In this document: one piece after another, positions 12,791 to 25,814 of the stretch
Layout: each line of letters starts with the position of its first letter
Position numbering within the stretch: position 1 is the first letter of the stretch
DNA from: Callorhinchus milii
Taxonomy: Eukaryota
Direction: 5' to 3'
Assembly (NCBI RefSeq): GCF_018977255.1
Contig: NW_024704742.1
Span: 2,048,001-2,112,000, forward strand
Length of the DNA stretch: 64,000 nt
Program-made: the position numbers and the translations under genes
Notes under the pieces: model-generated
Databases searched by the model: none
What the model was told of the DNA's origin: nothing
Seen by the model: the letters and a program-made list of their open reading frames with translations, nothing else

Positions 12791-14314
12791 TTCGTTCTTT
12801 CTGCACTGGAACCTGGAACAATTTAACAATAGATTCCAGTCATTGGAATTCACATGGAATAGGACTTGTACATTTCAGAATTTAATGTAACATCCATGAC
12901 ATCAGCTGTGCTTGGAGGTTATTTGAAGCCACTGGCAATTTAAAATCAAAGCTGAGTAGAGAATGTAAGGACGTTGCCAGTTGAGGTAATTTAGAAGCAC
13001 CGGATTTAAGAAGAAAACTAGTGTAAAGGATTTTTATTTGAAATGCAGGAGCCTGATCATGAATTATATCATTTATTCATGAATGCAACAAACACAATTA
13101 CCTCCTATATGATCTTCAGAACTGGGCCATTGGACAGTTCTCTTTTGCAGAGGCTCAGAGAGCAAACGGTTATTCCATTAGGAATGAACGTCGTGTTGAG
13201 AATCGTCTTGTCGCCACCATTCGGACTGACCTCACTTAGCTTCCTCCTCAAGGATTTTTACTGCGCATTCAAATAGGCTTTCAGGTTTTCAGAAGGCTGG
13301 AAGTCAGCAGGGTTTTTTTAAAAAAAAACGGTGAGCATTCAGTTCTAATTTAATCGTGGGATTTGTTCTTTGAGTTTCGGTGTCACCTCAAACTCCCATG
13401 AGTAAACTCCAGTCTACAACTCAGTCCCAATCATCCATAATTCGGTATTGTGTTACTCAAAGTTTTTTTTCCCCTTAAACTAAATTTCAACTCTTTAATG
13501 AGTTTGTGTTGCATTGAATATTGTATTATTATTAGTAGTAGTAGTATTGCTGTCAGATCTGATGGGTACTGAGAGATGTAACAGATCCAACCCAAAGTTT
13601 AAAATCTGTGTCTAACTACTGTGACCAACCTTTAAAGGAAACCTTGTCATTCATTCGATCAGCCTGGCACTGATTTCCACAGGAGCATCCTCTTCTGGAG
13701 CACGTGGCAGGCAAGAATTCTTCCGCAAAAGCTCATAATAAAACTGCTAACTCTGTCATCAAATATTTGTCCTCAATCACTCATTTGGGATAATGACAGC
13801 AGCTAAACCGCACATAAAATATTGCAACAGACATTAATGTTCCAGCTAAATTGCTGATAGAGACTATTAACAAACTAATTGTCATCAGTCTTGTCAGACT
13901 TGAAACGGTGTCATACTCTGTGATATTGTAAATTAACAAAGTTATGCTTAACTTCATTCAGTTTTTTTTTGGGGGGGGGTTGGGGAAATGGAAAGCTCAA
14001 ATGGCAAGGCTTTGATTGCAATGAAAAGTTAATCTACAGATAGGCTTGATCGTTTGCACTGTCAATTACAAGACCAGAGGTGTGCAATAGTACAAGTCAA
14101 CAGTCTGCTTAATTGAGTGTGGCCTTGGAGCTCAACACATAAGGCACCAATTTGCGCAGTAAGGGTGTTTCGCGAAGTGTCAGAGACATAGTAATGACTA
14201 GTTACGGTCTATTGCAATTCCTTGTGATTTGCTTAGAGGTGCGTTACATTATAAGCGCTGTATCAAATACTATTTTAGAATTATAATTCTTGAATTTGAT
14301 ACAGCATCCCTCTT

Positions 14315-14560
14315 CCCCTCCATTCCACCATTGGTGCTTTAACCCGCTACGCTCCAAAATTCTTACTTCCTTCCTCAATCCCACCACCTTGTCCCCTCCT
14401 TGCCCATCTTCAGACCACACCTGAAGTCTCTGCTCTTCCACCGTGGCTCAGTTAATCTCCCGTCTCTCAGCTCAGCGTCGAGCTCCACCACTGTTAAGCT
14501 CTCCGAGATCATACCCCGTATCAAGGGCACTGTGGAAATGCAAGCTGTTTTTGTTGTTAT
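14315..14560 (+). mobile_element. L2 LINE 3' end
   Basis: FRPHLKSLLF remnant, then CTCCACCACTGTTAAGCTCTCCGAGATC...AAATGCAAGCTGTTTTTGTTG, similar to 4184-4404. Confidence 0.7.
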
Positions 14561-15039
14561 TACTTCCCAAAACACTTCACATGATTTTACACTGAACGTG
14601 AAGGTTAATGCGGCAACCTTTTGCGCACATCAATGTCCCACAAACATCCATGATGTGAGTGACCAATTTTATCTGGTATATTACTACATTGAAAAGAAGT
14701 TGACAAGGTAATCAATATTATTTGAAGATTCAGATAATATCTGCTGCCTTCACCAGGAATGAAGAAGCAAGTCACTGAAATGTGCTTCGGAATCTGACAC
14801 ATGCCAAATTTTCAGTTCTGCTTCAGGAATTTATAGATCGGATCAATTTGGATCAGTTCTTTGGGATTTGGGGCTCAGTTGCATGATCCCATTTGGTCGT
14901 GTGCACAATGTAAATGGGTTAAGCAGGATTTTCTAGTTTCCCTTTTACATTATCTTGGAAAGATTGGGTTAGACTGAACTAATTGAGAATGATTGCCTCG
15001 TTCCCAATGAGTTTGTCAGTACATTTGTTTATGGTTAGG

Positions 15040-15435
15040 CACTGAGCCATTCCGATCAGCTGGTCACAATTTTTTCTACTGGTCGAAGCTGAGTCAGTTG
15101 TCCTCAGCCTGAGAATAGCCTAAGAGCCCCTGGAAAGGAAACCATCAAACAAGGGGATTGCTCCTGATCACTGTTGATCACTGCTAAAAAATGGGCACAT
15201 GTGGCTATCAGGCGAGGGCAGGAATTGATTTGGTTATAATACCTTCTCTTCCCTTCCCTCTATGGTTGAATAGTCTACACGTACTTACTATCTCGGCTCT
15301 CACGTAAAGTGCAGGAGGGCTTTCATTGTCCATGGAACCATGCTGAGGTGTGAAGTACACTTCCAGGGTACAATAACATTAAATTAGAAGACAAAAGTCT
15401 GTAGCCTCCAGGAATAGGGAGGAAAAACTTAAATT
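15040..15435 (+). mobile_element. old SINE-like repeat (family Y), degenerate
   Basis: Shares blocks (GCTCCTGATCACT, GGCGAGGGCAGGA, GGTTGAATAG, ATGGAACC, purine/A-rich end) with 28175-28515 and 20720-20975. Confidence 0.5.
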
Positions 15436-16917
15436 AAAACACAATTATGCACTGTGTATCAGGCCACGTACTATTGTCTTGTGAGCATGTTGTGATTGGT
15501 TATTCTAGAATGTACTTCCAGGGAACTTGCTAAGGGGGTAATCGCAGCTCTTTATTTGCAGTGTTATTTGAAAACCTAATTTCCATGAGAAAATGACAGC
15601 AAAGTAGAAATCCTGTAAACGCTACAGAAGCATTCAGTGCTGAGTGGAATCTCACAGTGTTTTGCATCACACCCTTGTGTGGGTTTGACAATAATATGAA
15701 TATTGTGATTACCGCACAAAGATATTCACAAATAATCTTATTCTGGAACAGCCCCTGGCTTTCTTTTACGTTGAAATTGGGCCAATAATGCAATTACAGT
15801 TGGGGTGTTATGGTACAAGTGGCACTGGATACTTCAATGGGTTAGAACACCGACTGTGACAAAAACTTTGGCTTGGCTTGAATTGTGGAACGTAAACCCT
15901 CCTCTCTCTCTCTCTCTCACACACAAACACACACACATGTTCTGCACTGCAAAAGTCCTGTGTGAAATAAATCAGGCACGGTCCAAGCAGTTTCCCCGTG
16001 ACTTATCGGGGTAACGTTCCACCTGGTTCTACATTTACTCTATTAACGCAGCATGTTACAGAGCTGGAAAATTCTTGCACGCAGCTTTCATTTTGAAACC
16101 ATCTTTCCGAAAGGTGTTCTTTTTTAAGTAACTACAGAAAAACGACTTGGAATTCAATAACTTTCCCCATGCCGGATGCTCTGAAATCCTAATTGAAAAG
16201 ATTAAATTTGGACCCAGGTGCTGGTTGACCTCACACGAGTCAATTGCAAAACAAGTGCTTAGTTAGGGTTTAGTGTAGGTCATGAATGAATTGTCATTTC
16301 AGTCAGAAAGAGGGGCAGATGACAAATTTCACATTATTTCAGAGAAAGCTTTATTCTGCATTTACGTGATTTGTTGCTCACATAATTTGTAGCTGACACT
16401 TTATAAACATAGAATTGTACATTATGATGACAAAAGCCTCCATTAACACCATAAATAATCATTTGGATGCTCGCTATGAATAGCCCAGTTTGTTTATGAT
16501 GGTGTTTTCACAATTTATTTGGGGAAAATGCATTTCATTAGGTCTGTAAATAACCAGTGAAGATAATAATATATAATATTATATTTTATATAGCACATTA
16601 TACGTCTTAGTAATAAGATCCCAATTGCCTGCACCTTTCATTACTTTTGCATTGACGATGTTTAGCATCAAATGCAAGGATTATTGTTTAATACCCTACC
16701 AAACAAATGGGTTGAGGAATGTGATCCAAGCTTAATATAAATTAACACGGTGACATGGAAGAATCCAATGCATTTGTGTATGGACAGAGGATTGGAGTTA
16801 TAAACTAATTCAATTAGACAAAAAGTAATAGAGGGAACTGCCATCAAGGTGATACGTCAACTATGATGTGCACTCACAACAGATCAAAACACATAGGGTC
16901 ACACAGGTTACAAGAAA

Positions 16918-16951
16918 GAAGGAAGGAAGGAAGGAAGGAAGGAAGGAAGGA
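16918..16951 (+). repeat. (GGAA)n microsatellite
   Basis: Directly visible. Confidence 0.9.
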
Positions 16952-16954
16952 AAA

Positions 16955-17206
16955 ACTTGCATTATTATAGCATTTAAACATATCAAAATATCTCAAAGCA
17001 CTTAACATGTAATGACTGTCAAGTGCAGTGACCAATTTTGTAGGCCAACTTGGTAGCTATTTGTGCCAATGAAGTCCCATGATGTAAATAACCAATTCAT
17101 CTGGAGAATTGCTAGCCAGAATACTGGTCTAGTAGTCCTGATGTGCGGTTTCAAATCACAGCCTTCTGACCCAGAGCTGCGACTGTTACCAACTCAGTCG
17201 AGCTAA
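16955..17206 (-). mobile_element. Deu-domain SINE, highly degenerate
   Basis: Tail (CTTGCATTATTATAGC...CTCAAAGCACTT) and head (CCTTCTGACCCAGAG...ACCAACTCAG) match the copy at 21970-22423. Confidence 0.55.
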
Positions 17207-17350
17207 TGCTTGGAATAATTTGATGTATGCTGCAATATTCTAACACAGTTCTCTGGGCTTGGCTGCTGTTTCTTGCCGTGCCAGTGTTTCATACTCACTC
17301 ACGATTTTGACCTCGGTCCTCTTCCGCCTCCCCTTTCCTGCGATGGAAAT

Positions 17351-17668
17351 ACAACAACAACAACAACAATATTACATTTATAAAGCGCCTTTCACGTCAG
17401 GAGGACGTCCCAAGGCGCTGCACAGTTGGGTCATGACCCGAGCAGGGGGGAAATGGTCAGGGTGAGGTGAGGGAAGGGAGGGAGCGAGGAGGGGGGAAAT
17501 GGTCAGGGTGAGGGGAGGGAAGGGAGGGAGCAAGGAGGGGGGAAATAGTCAGGGTGAGGGGAGGGAAGGGAGGGAGCGAGGAGGGGGAAGAGAGTCGAGA
17601 GGGGAGCTGAAGGCACGGTCAAAGAGAAAGGTTTTGAGACCGGCCTTGAAGGAGGAAAGGGAGGAAGC
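17351..17668 (-). mobile_element. L2 LINE 3' end with internal 46-bp triplication
   Basis: (CAA)n tail, GCGCCTTTCACGTCAGGAGGACGTCCCAAGGCGCTG stem-loop, and a minus-strand SFKAGLKTFLF remnant. Near-identical to 55845-56100. Confidence 0.85.
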
Positions 17669-18624
17669 AAGAAATAAAGGATTTCACAGGAGTAATATAA
17701 GAAAAGGCAGCCAATATTGGAATGTGTAACCTTCACTCTGACAACACATCTTCCAACCCGAAGCAAAAGTCATGACGTATGAGATTCACTCGAGAATAAT
17801 GTGAAAGTGTACCAGGGAGAATGTAGACTCACTCCTGCCCCCTCGTCCATGCACGCAAAAGTATGGGATAGTTCCTTCCGTAGCAGGTTACCATTTTAAA
17901 TACTGTAAATTTTTGTTTGTTTGTTTGGAGATTATAATGGGGAGAGAAAAAACGGCATCATGGAACACATGGGGGCTTATTGTGTAAATACAAGAAAAGG
18001 CACGTGTTAATAATTGTCGCAGACAGGATTGTGTTTTGCTTTTGCTACGTGATGCGTTTTGCAGGTATGCCCACAGACAGCAATAATTCTAGCAGAGCGT
18101 GAGAGAACAGATCCTGTAGGAGGGAGCGGAGGCTGCTTTATCACATAATCAGGAGGGGTAGGAAGCAAAGTACCTGCATTGAGGTTAAGTTAATTGGATG
18201 TGCCATTTTCTGTCTCATTAGTGAGCCTTTCTATTCCCAGGGGGAGATGGTCCAATTTTGTCCTACTTTATTATGTGTACGGAATCCTGCTCAAGTGCTC
18301 AATCATTCAGAGCAAGTGGGATGGTGGCGCACCTCTATTGGATATAAAACAACTCAATAGAAGAACCTCAGAGAAGGTTTGCGTTGAATCAGGCAACTGC
18401 TCAGTTATCAAGTTCAAATGAATTTGAGTGAGATTGTGGAGCAAAGTGGATTCAAGACTTCTCTCCTACCGTTTCCTCCTCCTCCTTACTCGATACGTAC
18501 TTTGCACTATTACGGCACGGAGATCCCTGCTTTATTCCATTAATTGTCTTAAAAATATGCGAAAGGTCTACTTCAGATCCAAGGTGGCCAGAGACCAGAA
18601 GATGAATCCTATTGCTTGTGTTCA

Positions 18625-18820
18625 CAAGATCAGACTGGATGAAGAAGGTCCAATCTGATCCCTCTGCATTACTCACTCTCCCCAGCTCCCATCACTGCTC
18701 AGGCTGTTTTATAAACGAGTCCAGGCTGCCATCACCCTTTCCCTTCAACGTGTTCCAGACATTAATTACCCTCTTGGTACTGAAATGCTTCCTCGTGTCT
18801 GTCCTAAACTTACCCTTTAC
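18625..18820 (-). mobile_element. CR1 LINE 3' end
   Basis: GATGAAGAAGGTCC tail. Minus-strand KFRTDTRKHFSTKRVINVWNTL resembles the CR1 ORF2 C-terminal FFTQRVVxxWN motif. Confidence 0.7.
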
Positions 18821-19002
18821 AACTACAACGACAAATTACACTTGTGTCATAGCGCCTTTCACGTCGAGAGGACGTCACCAGGCCCTGGACAGTCAGGGCT
18901 TTGGTTGCCCAAACCAAAAGTTGCAATGAAAACAATTAAATTCAGATTCCAACCGTTGAGTGTTTTAAACCTATGAAAGCCCTTCTCAGTGTTGAGTGTT
19001 GC

Positions 19003-19344
19003 GGAATCCTGTTGCTCAGTGGTTAGAGCGCTCACTCTAGCGAGCGAGAGATTTCTGGCAGGGCCAAATGTTGGGCAGGTTTCCTTGCGGTAAGTAGGAA
19101 CCCAGTTGTTAGTCGATTGGCAGATCGCTTTTCCGAGGTAATAATTCCTTCAAAAATAAGTAAATAGTAAATTAGTCACTCAATCCACGACAGTTTGTGG
19201 GGACACTGCTGTGCGCAATTGGCTGCCGTGTTTCGCCCCACAAAATGTACGGTCGATTCACTTTACAGTATATTCTGTGAAGTGCTTTGCGACGTCTCGA
19301 AGATGTGATAAGGCGCTGTATCGCACGCTAGGATTACTATTATT
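19003..19344 (+). mobile_element. tRNA-derived SINE, long subfamily
   Basis: GCTCAGTGGTTAGAGCG A-box head, GCTGTGCGCAATTGGCTGCC core, GATAAGGCGCT tail and (ATT)n end. Confidence 0.9.
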
Positions 19345-20344
19345 GAGAGACATTGTGGCACTGTGTTCACGAACTGTTGAGCAGATTGACATTGGTAGTA
19401 AGGCAATTTCTGCTGTCTGGGATGACTGTCAAGTACAATAAATGTTTACATCTTTTAAACCATATTGCCATATATCATGGAAAATGCCTTGTCAACTATA
19501 GTCTACCATATTGTACACTAATTCGCAGTTGTTGAAGATATTACCTGCAGGCTACTTAAACTCACATATTGCCCTTAATAGGCGGCTGGCTCAAGGTCAT
19601 TTAATGCTGTTACCTTTTAATTGTTTGCTTCAAATGGCTTAGTGTTTCTTCAGCATCTAATGTTGTTTCACAATACATGAGAGATTTGTGTCTCTCATGT
19701 TCTCTCATCAGGTCATTCGGTCTTACTCTGTAGTCCTGCTGGTCAGGACTAAATCATGAATGATTAGAGAAAACACTTTATATCTCTTTCAGTCTGATAC
19801 ATCTTTCATTACGTACAGTGGGCTTACAGTACCACTAAATTATAGGGTTTTTTTTTTAAAAAAGTACGATATATTAATAGACATCTCCTCTACTTTCACT
19901 CTTCAGTCACTGTCAAGGTCAACACTGAGTTGTGTTCAGACAGTCTCAACCCGGTTTTCAGTGAAAGTAACAATCTTTGCGGTCGAAATTCTGCCGGGCT
20001 CTAGATTTTTGTCCGATTTACGGAGCATTTTTTCAGCGCCCGGAATTTGGAAAATCGTTGAATTCAATTTTAGCTCTGAAGTTGTTTCTGTGCAGTCCTT
20101 CAAAGAAAACCGGCTTCAAAATTAAGGCCCGTGAGTAAAAATTTGCCAGAATTCTACACACACTGGAAGGCTAAATGGTTGGAGTAAATCTGAACCCAGG
20201 TGGTATTTCTCCCCATTCACAACAAGGAACTCCTCATTGTCCAGTCTCTTTGTTTTTGTGAAGTAGCCTCTTTTCTAAAATAATGTGGTTGCCTGACCTT
20301 CTGAACGGTGGAGATGCTGTTGTGACTAGAAGCCTTGATGCAAA

Positions 20345-20525
20345 TAATGCAATACAATTTACATTTATGTATCACCTTTCACATTGGGAGGGATTGTTGA
20401 CCTCGACCCTGTGGGATATGGCCATACGAGACTGAAGGTGGGAGCTGAGAAGGATGAGGGGAGAGGAGAGATAATCAAAAGCATGGTGAAACAGATATGT
20501 TTTGATGTGCGCCTTTAAAGAGGGG
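20345..20525 (-). mobile_element. L2 LINE 3' end, degenerate
   Basis: ACAATTTACATTTATGTATCACCTTTCACATTGGGAGG tail, then a purine-rich UTR and an FKGAHQNISV remnant. Confidence 0.5.
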
Positions 20526-20539
20526 GGGAAATGAGTCGA

Positions 20540-20680
20540 AAAATATTAAGTACGGATTGGCAACAGCCAAGGCTTGGGGACCTCAGAGTTTGCATTAGGG
20601 TAACCGCTGGAGTCTAACCTCCTGGAACCGCACAGCTTGTCGTTGATATTCGCTGTCTGGTAAGCTTTCCCACTGCTTGT
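20540..20680 (-). mobile_element. unclassified interspersed repeat (family X), 5' part
   Basis: Reverse complement GGAAAGCTTACCAGACAGCGAATATCAACGACAAGCTGTGCGG...AGACTCCAGC...GTCCCCAAGCCTTGGCTGTTGCCAA matches 30038-30155. Confidence 0.75.
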
Positions 20681-20719
20681 CCAGATAGCACCACCCTACG
20701 TGGGATCCCTCCCTGCCCC

Positions 20720-20975
20720 CCCGTGTTTGACTCTTGACATCTCATGTTGACTGACTAATCGACCCCGAGAGACATCACAACCGAGCCTGATCTTGCCTTC
20801 GTGCATACACACACGCTAACACTTCAGTAAGGGCCGCTACAAACCGGTCAGGACTATGAACCACGTGATTGTCTCCTCCCCAATGCGGAATCCTCAGGCC
20901 AATTGCGTTGCCAAAGCTGTGGCTGAAATCTATGTTGTTGCAGACTGTGTGCATCGAAGCTTCCTGAGACCTTCG
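20720..20975 (-). mobile_element. old SINE-like repeat (family Y)
   Basis: Reverse complement has GAAGGTCTCAGG..TTCGAT, CAATTGGCCTGAG and GATCAGGCTCGGTTGTGATG blocks, several shared with 28175-28515. Confidence 0.5.
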
Positions 20976-21969
20976 TGGTTGATATGACTTACTAAAAGTC
21001 CCGGAACAAAAATGAATAAGTTGAGTCCTGCTGAGGATCAGAGAGCTAACACATTTCTTTATATCCTTTACATATTCAGTGAAAGACGTTATTGTAATCA
21101 TCAAACGAGATCACAAGAGAGGCTTTGGGAACGAAAACCCTGTGAACCATTTTATTTCACCCATTCAGAAAACCATTCAGAAAATCTTCCCCGGATTTCA
21201 AATCCTTTGTGCGCTGAATGAAAACCGCACAGTAACCCAGTATCGAAGGCAATGCAGAAGCACCTTTTTTTTTACACCGCCAGGCAAGTTTTAGTTGCCT
21301 GAGTAGTGTCTGCTATGGAGCTCAATTGTTTTCTGCAAGGTTACCGCGTTGTAGGAATTAGGAGTCGCGTGCTGAGCCTGTCAATGCGAGAAACTCCGAG
21401 AGAGCTTTATCTTTGGGTGGGTGCTGCCCCCCTTTTCCAAAGAGACAGTCGCCTCTGATAGTTTAATCGTAGCGCTCAGCTTGGGTGTTCGCGGCAACGC
21501 AGGATGAGTGGAACGGTGCAAACTCTGCTCAAATTGCTTTTCATCTCCCTTTTCGCAAGTGCGTTGAGTGGCAGAGAGTAGAGAGGGACGAGTTTGCTCA
21601 TCAAGCATCCCGAGGAATGGGGCGAACAATAAACAAGATAATCTTTATGCCGCAGCCTGGGTTGCGGAACTTGGAAGGCTCTTGGCTTTTGTTCCTGCTT
21701 TGTCTTTTTTTTTCCCCTGAAATGTTGGTCCACACAATAAGTCGTCAAGGTGTTTGAAGGTTCACGTTTTAAAATATAAATGTGTTCGTGTGGCTATCTT
21801 CCCCACTTCGGAGGATTCCAACCAATCATGAAGAAGCACATCCAGACAATTTTGCTTATTTAAGGACACGTAGTTCTGTGAGTAAATGTATGGCTTCCAC
21901 TTGAGATTGTAAGGCTGTACAGTCCTGTTAGCTCCAAGTGACTACAAATGAATCTCACAGAGAATCTCA

Positions 21970-22423
21970 ATAATAATAATAATAATAATAATAATAACCC
22001 TTACATTTGACATTATGTCAGGTTGCCTTTCATGTCAGGAGGACATCCCAAAAAGCTTCACAGGATATTTTGTAAAGTACAGTGACTATTTTTGCAGACA
22101 AAAATGGCAGCTAATTTGTGCACGGCAATGTCCGACAAACAGCTGTGAAGTGATTGACCATTTTTATTTGGGGTTGGTTGCTGACCAAGACATCAAGATT
22201 AACTCTTTCTCTCTTTTCGAAGAGTGGCATGAGATCTTTAACGTTTAGCTGAACATGCAGACAGGACCTCAGTTTTAACATCTCATCCAAGTGACACTGA
22301 TGCACACCCCCAGCACTGCGCTGGTGTGTCAGCCCAGACCAGGAGTTCAACGTCCCGCCGTGATGGCTTGATCACACCCACTGACTCAGAGGCGAGAGGG
22401 CTACCCACTGAGCCAAGCCGACC
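21970..22423 (-). mobile_element. Deu-domain SINE, near full length
   Basis: Reverse complement: tRNA-like head GGCTCAGTGGGTAGCCCTCTCGCCTCTGAGTCAG, Deu core GATGAGATGTTAAAACTGAGGTCCTGTCTGCATGTTCAG...TAAAGATCTCATGCCACTCTTCGAAAAGAG, and an (ATT)n tail. Confidence 0.8.
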
Positions 22424-23211
22424 ACGCAAATACTTGCTTCCCACCACGTCAGTTTCATGTCTTATGTATTGCGGTACATCCTGTGAAGCTCTTTAAAGAT
22501 GTCCTTCCCAATTGAAAGGCTACGTACCAAATGTAAGCATTATTACTATTGTCTTTCTTCTCTCCACCTCCTTCAGCTCCCATACCCAGTTCAGGTCCCC
22601 AGACAGCAGTGTCGAGCATTTGTAAAATCCTACTGACATGCAAGGTACCACATAATTGCCATTTGTATTGTCCATAACAGCCTCGTAAATTGACTCCAGT
22701 GTCTATTTGAAGGAAATATCTGTGATACTGTTTCTACACAGTAGACATCTATTGTGACTCGCAGAATGAGAAGGCTGTGAAAAAATGATCTAACTTTAAA
22801 AGTCTGGTAGCTTTTACAGCATATCTGATGTTATATCCAGATGGAACGGCACTAAGGTGCTTACATAACTGCGCTGAAACATTGAACTGATTCCTTCAAA
22901 TCGAAGTAGGTTAGGTTACAATTCACAAGGCGATGAAAAGTTTAAATTAATTTTATTATAGGAACAACTGTGTTGCCTCCGCTGTTGTAGGTTATTACAT
23001 TGCTCCCATTTATTACATCTTACATAAAACAGTACAATTAAAATAATTATTCATATTCACTCCAATGAAAGTAAAGTGTGTATTTAAAATCTGTGCTGCA
23101 GAATCTTTTTTTTTTAGGGGAATGTTTAGCTTAAAAGACCGAAGTCAAAGAAAATAAAGAAAAAGGCTTTGTTTTTATGACGAGCTTGTCTTCTTCAGTG
23201 TTGTTATAATA

Positions 23212-23315
23212 CTAAGAATCCTTGCGTTTGATACAGCGCCTTATCACGCCATTGAAACATCTCAAAGCACTTCACGGAATACACTGTAAAGTGAATTGAC
23301 TGTATTTTGTGGGCA
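23212..23315 (-). mobile_element. tRNA-derived SINE 3' fragment
   Basis: AATCCTTGCGTTTGATACAGCGCCTTATCACG...CTGTAAAGTGAATTGACTGTATTTTGTGGG. Confidence 0.8.
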
Positions 23316-23692
23316 GTCAATATATGGCCTTATATGCTCCTGCCTGTCTATACATCCATGGTTGAGCCTGTTATGGCTTAGGAAGCTCTGCAACCAAGGC
23401 ATGGGAGCAATTTTATTTTCAGGGGTCGAGGAACACGGGAAAACATTAAACAGGAAAAGGTTATTCAACCCATCGAGCCTGTTCTACCAGTTTATGAGAT
23501 TTTAGCAGATCTTTTAATCCCATTGCTCCATCTGTTGTTGGTGTGTACCATGTATCTATGAAATATTCTTGCCTTTTCTTGCTACGAATGAAACTAATCT
23601 CACCTTGTAAATAATATCTTGTGTTGGGGGTTAGAATTGAGAAAATAAGACCATTTCCTTAATTTTCTTCCTTAATTTGGGTGCCATGTTTT

Positions 23693-24066
23693 GTAGCTTA
23701 GTGGTTAGAGCGCTCGCTTAGCAAACGAGAGGACCTGGGTTTAATTCCTAGCTGGGTGAAACATTGGGCACGTTTCCTGCCTCCATATGCCTGTTTATCT
23801 AACAGTAAGTAGGAACCTGGTTGTTAGTCGATTGGCAGATCACTTTCCAAGGGTAATAATCCTTTCAAAAAATAAAAAAAATAATAATTTGATCGCCCAA
23901 TCCACGACTGTTTGTGAGACATTGCTGTGTGAATTTGGCTGCCATGTTTCACCCCCAAAATATACAGTCAATTCACTTTACAGTATATTCTGCGAAGCAC
24001 TTTGAGACATCTCAATGATATAATAAGGTGCTATATATCAAATGCAAGGATTTTTATTATTATTAC
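23693..24066 (+). mobile_element. tRNA-derived SINE, long subfamily
   Basis: GTAGCTTAGTGGTTAGAGCGCTCGC head, internal GTAAGTAGGAACC..GTTGTTAGTCGATTGGCAGATC segment, tail with (ATT)n. Confidence 0.9.
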
Positions 24067-24568
24067 TGATCGGGGGATCTACCCCAGCTCTAGCCCTTAA
24101 ATTGGATATCTGTGCAGAGTGGAGAAAAATCCACATATTGGTTGACCTGAGATTCAATTGGAATTCAGAAGAGGTCTTGAAGGTCTTCGTGGTTTTCTCG
24201 ATATCACTGGAAGTTTATGACATTTCTTCAAAACAAATGATGGGATTATTTCTACTTTTCTGGGGAAAGCAGAGAGCCACAATAGCAGTTATAAAATTGT
24301 AATGGCTTTATTGACTAGAGGTCAGGGATTTCCCAAAGAAATCTTACGGTATTACCTTCCTAAAAGATGGCTTTGCTGTGATTATGTTGGATCTCCTTCG
24401 AAATGAATTGGAATAAATTGCCTGCAACCCCAACAAATAATCCACGTACTGGCGGGTCACAGAGCGAGTAAAATTCCCTTCTGTCTTAGAAGATAACTCG
24501 AATCCTATTTGAAGTCTATGGATTTTCTAGAAACCTGGCTCAAATGCAGCATGGAAGTCATAAATCAA

Positions 24569-24675
24569 ACATAACATAACATAACATAACATGTAGGAGC
24601 AGGAGGAGGCCATTCGGCCCTTCGAACCTCTGCCCCGCCATTCAATCATGGCTGATCTTCTAATCTAACTCCAGC
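24569..24675 (-). mobile_element. CR1 LINE 3' tail with (ACATA)n terminal repeat
   Basis: (ACATA)n followed by GTAGGAGCAGGAGGAGGCCATTCGGCCCTTCGAACC...CCATTCAATCATGGCTGATCT. Confidence 0.75.
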
Positions 24676-25099
24676 TAATAACCTAATAACAATACAAATA
24701 AAGACAAGTGATATGTTTACTGAGAACCCTATACGTTGGAACTTTAATTCAAATAAGAGGAAAATTTAGAATCTGGCCCGAAAACGGCTTTTCACTGAGC
24801 TTTTGCCTGTCCTCTTCCATTTTGCCTCCTTCCCCCTCTTTTGCACGTCCTCTCCCATTTGAAAACAGCGATTGGAATTTTATTGCGATTTTGTTTCCTG
24901 CGGAACATGCAGCACATCTTAGGAAAGGAGCTTCCACGAGAGCAAAGCCAAAACAACAGTAATTATATAAGTTCTAAATCTAAATTAAGGCATGAATTAA
25001 AATCATCGCTTGGAAGAGGAGGTGAGGGGGGGATGGGGGGGGAGATTGTAAAATAACTCTTTACACGCAGAGGTATTAGACCAGGTATCAACCTGGTCC

Positions 25100-25432
25100 A
25101 GTTGACGGCACTCTCTCGTCTGAGTCAGAAGGTTACGGATTTGAACCCCTACTTCGAGACTTGGAACTCCTATAAATTAGGTCACCCTCACTCCACCTTC
25201 ACTCCAGTCCAGTGCTGGGGGTGCGTAACAATGCCATCCTTCAGATGAGGCATGAAACCGAGGTCCCAGTCTGCCTGTTCAAGTGGACGTTAAAGATCGC
25301 GTGGCACTATTTGAAAAGAGAAGGGAATCTCTTTAACAGGTCCAGGTGGCCAACAGCTCTTATATTGGTTTCGTCCTGTGAAGCACTTTGAGATAAAGCA
25401 CTTTTATCAAACGCAGGGATTATGTTTTATTA
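25100..25432 (+). mobile_element. Deu-domain SINE, internally deleted
   Basis: TCTGAGTCAGAAGGTT head and GATGAGGCATGAAACCGAGGTCCCAGTCTGCCTGTTCAAGTGGACGTTAAAGATCGCGTGGCACTATTTGAA core. Confidence 0.75.
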
Positions 25433-25814
25433 TTGACACCCTCAGAAGCTCCATAGGCCTGGTCAACAAGATATGCGGAAAAACAATCCACAATCCACTT
25501 AGAATGAGTGGACCACAAGACTGTGCACAAGGCAAAAAGATGCATAATGGCCCTGTTATACTGCAGTGCTGCAGACGAGAGCAGCTTTGATATGGATATG
25601 AGCATTTTACTGTAAAGCATTTTTATTGTCTCCGGAGTAGTTGTCATCCATTTTGAGGGGTTGGTGGTTGGGGTGGTGGGGAGGGGGCGGGAGGTCTCGG
25701 CTGGAGGCGAAAGTAAAATCATTGCCATGGGCAGCTGTTGCCACTGGGTCAGATTCACTTCTCAACCACCAACCAACCGACCAATCTGCTCCAGGTCTCC
25801 CGCCCGTCCCGCCC

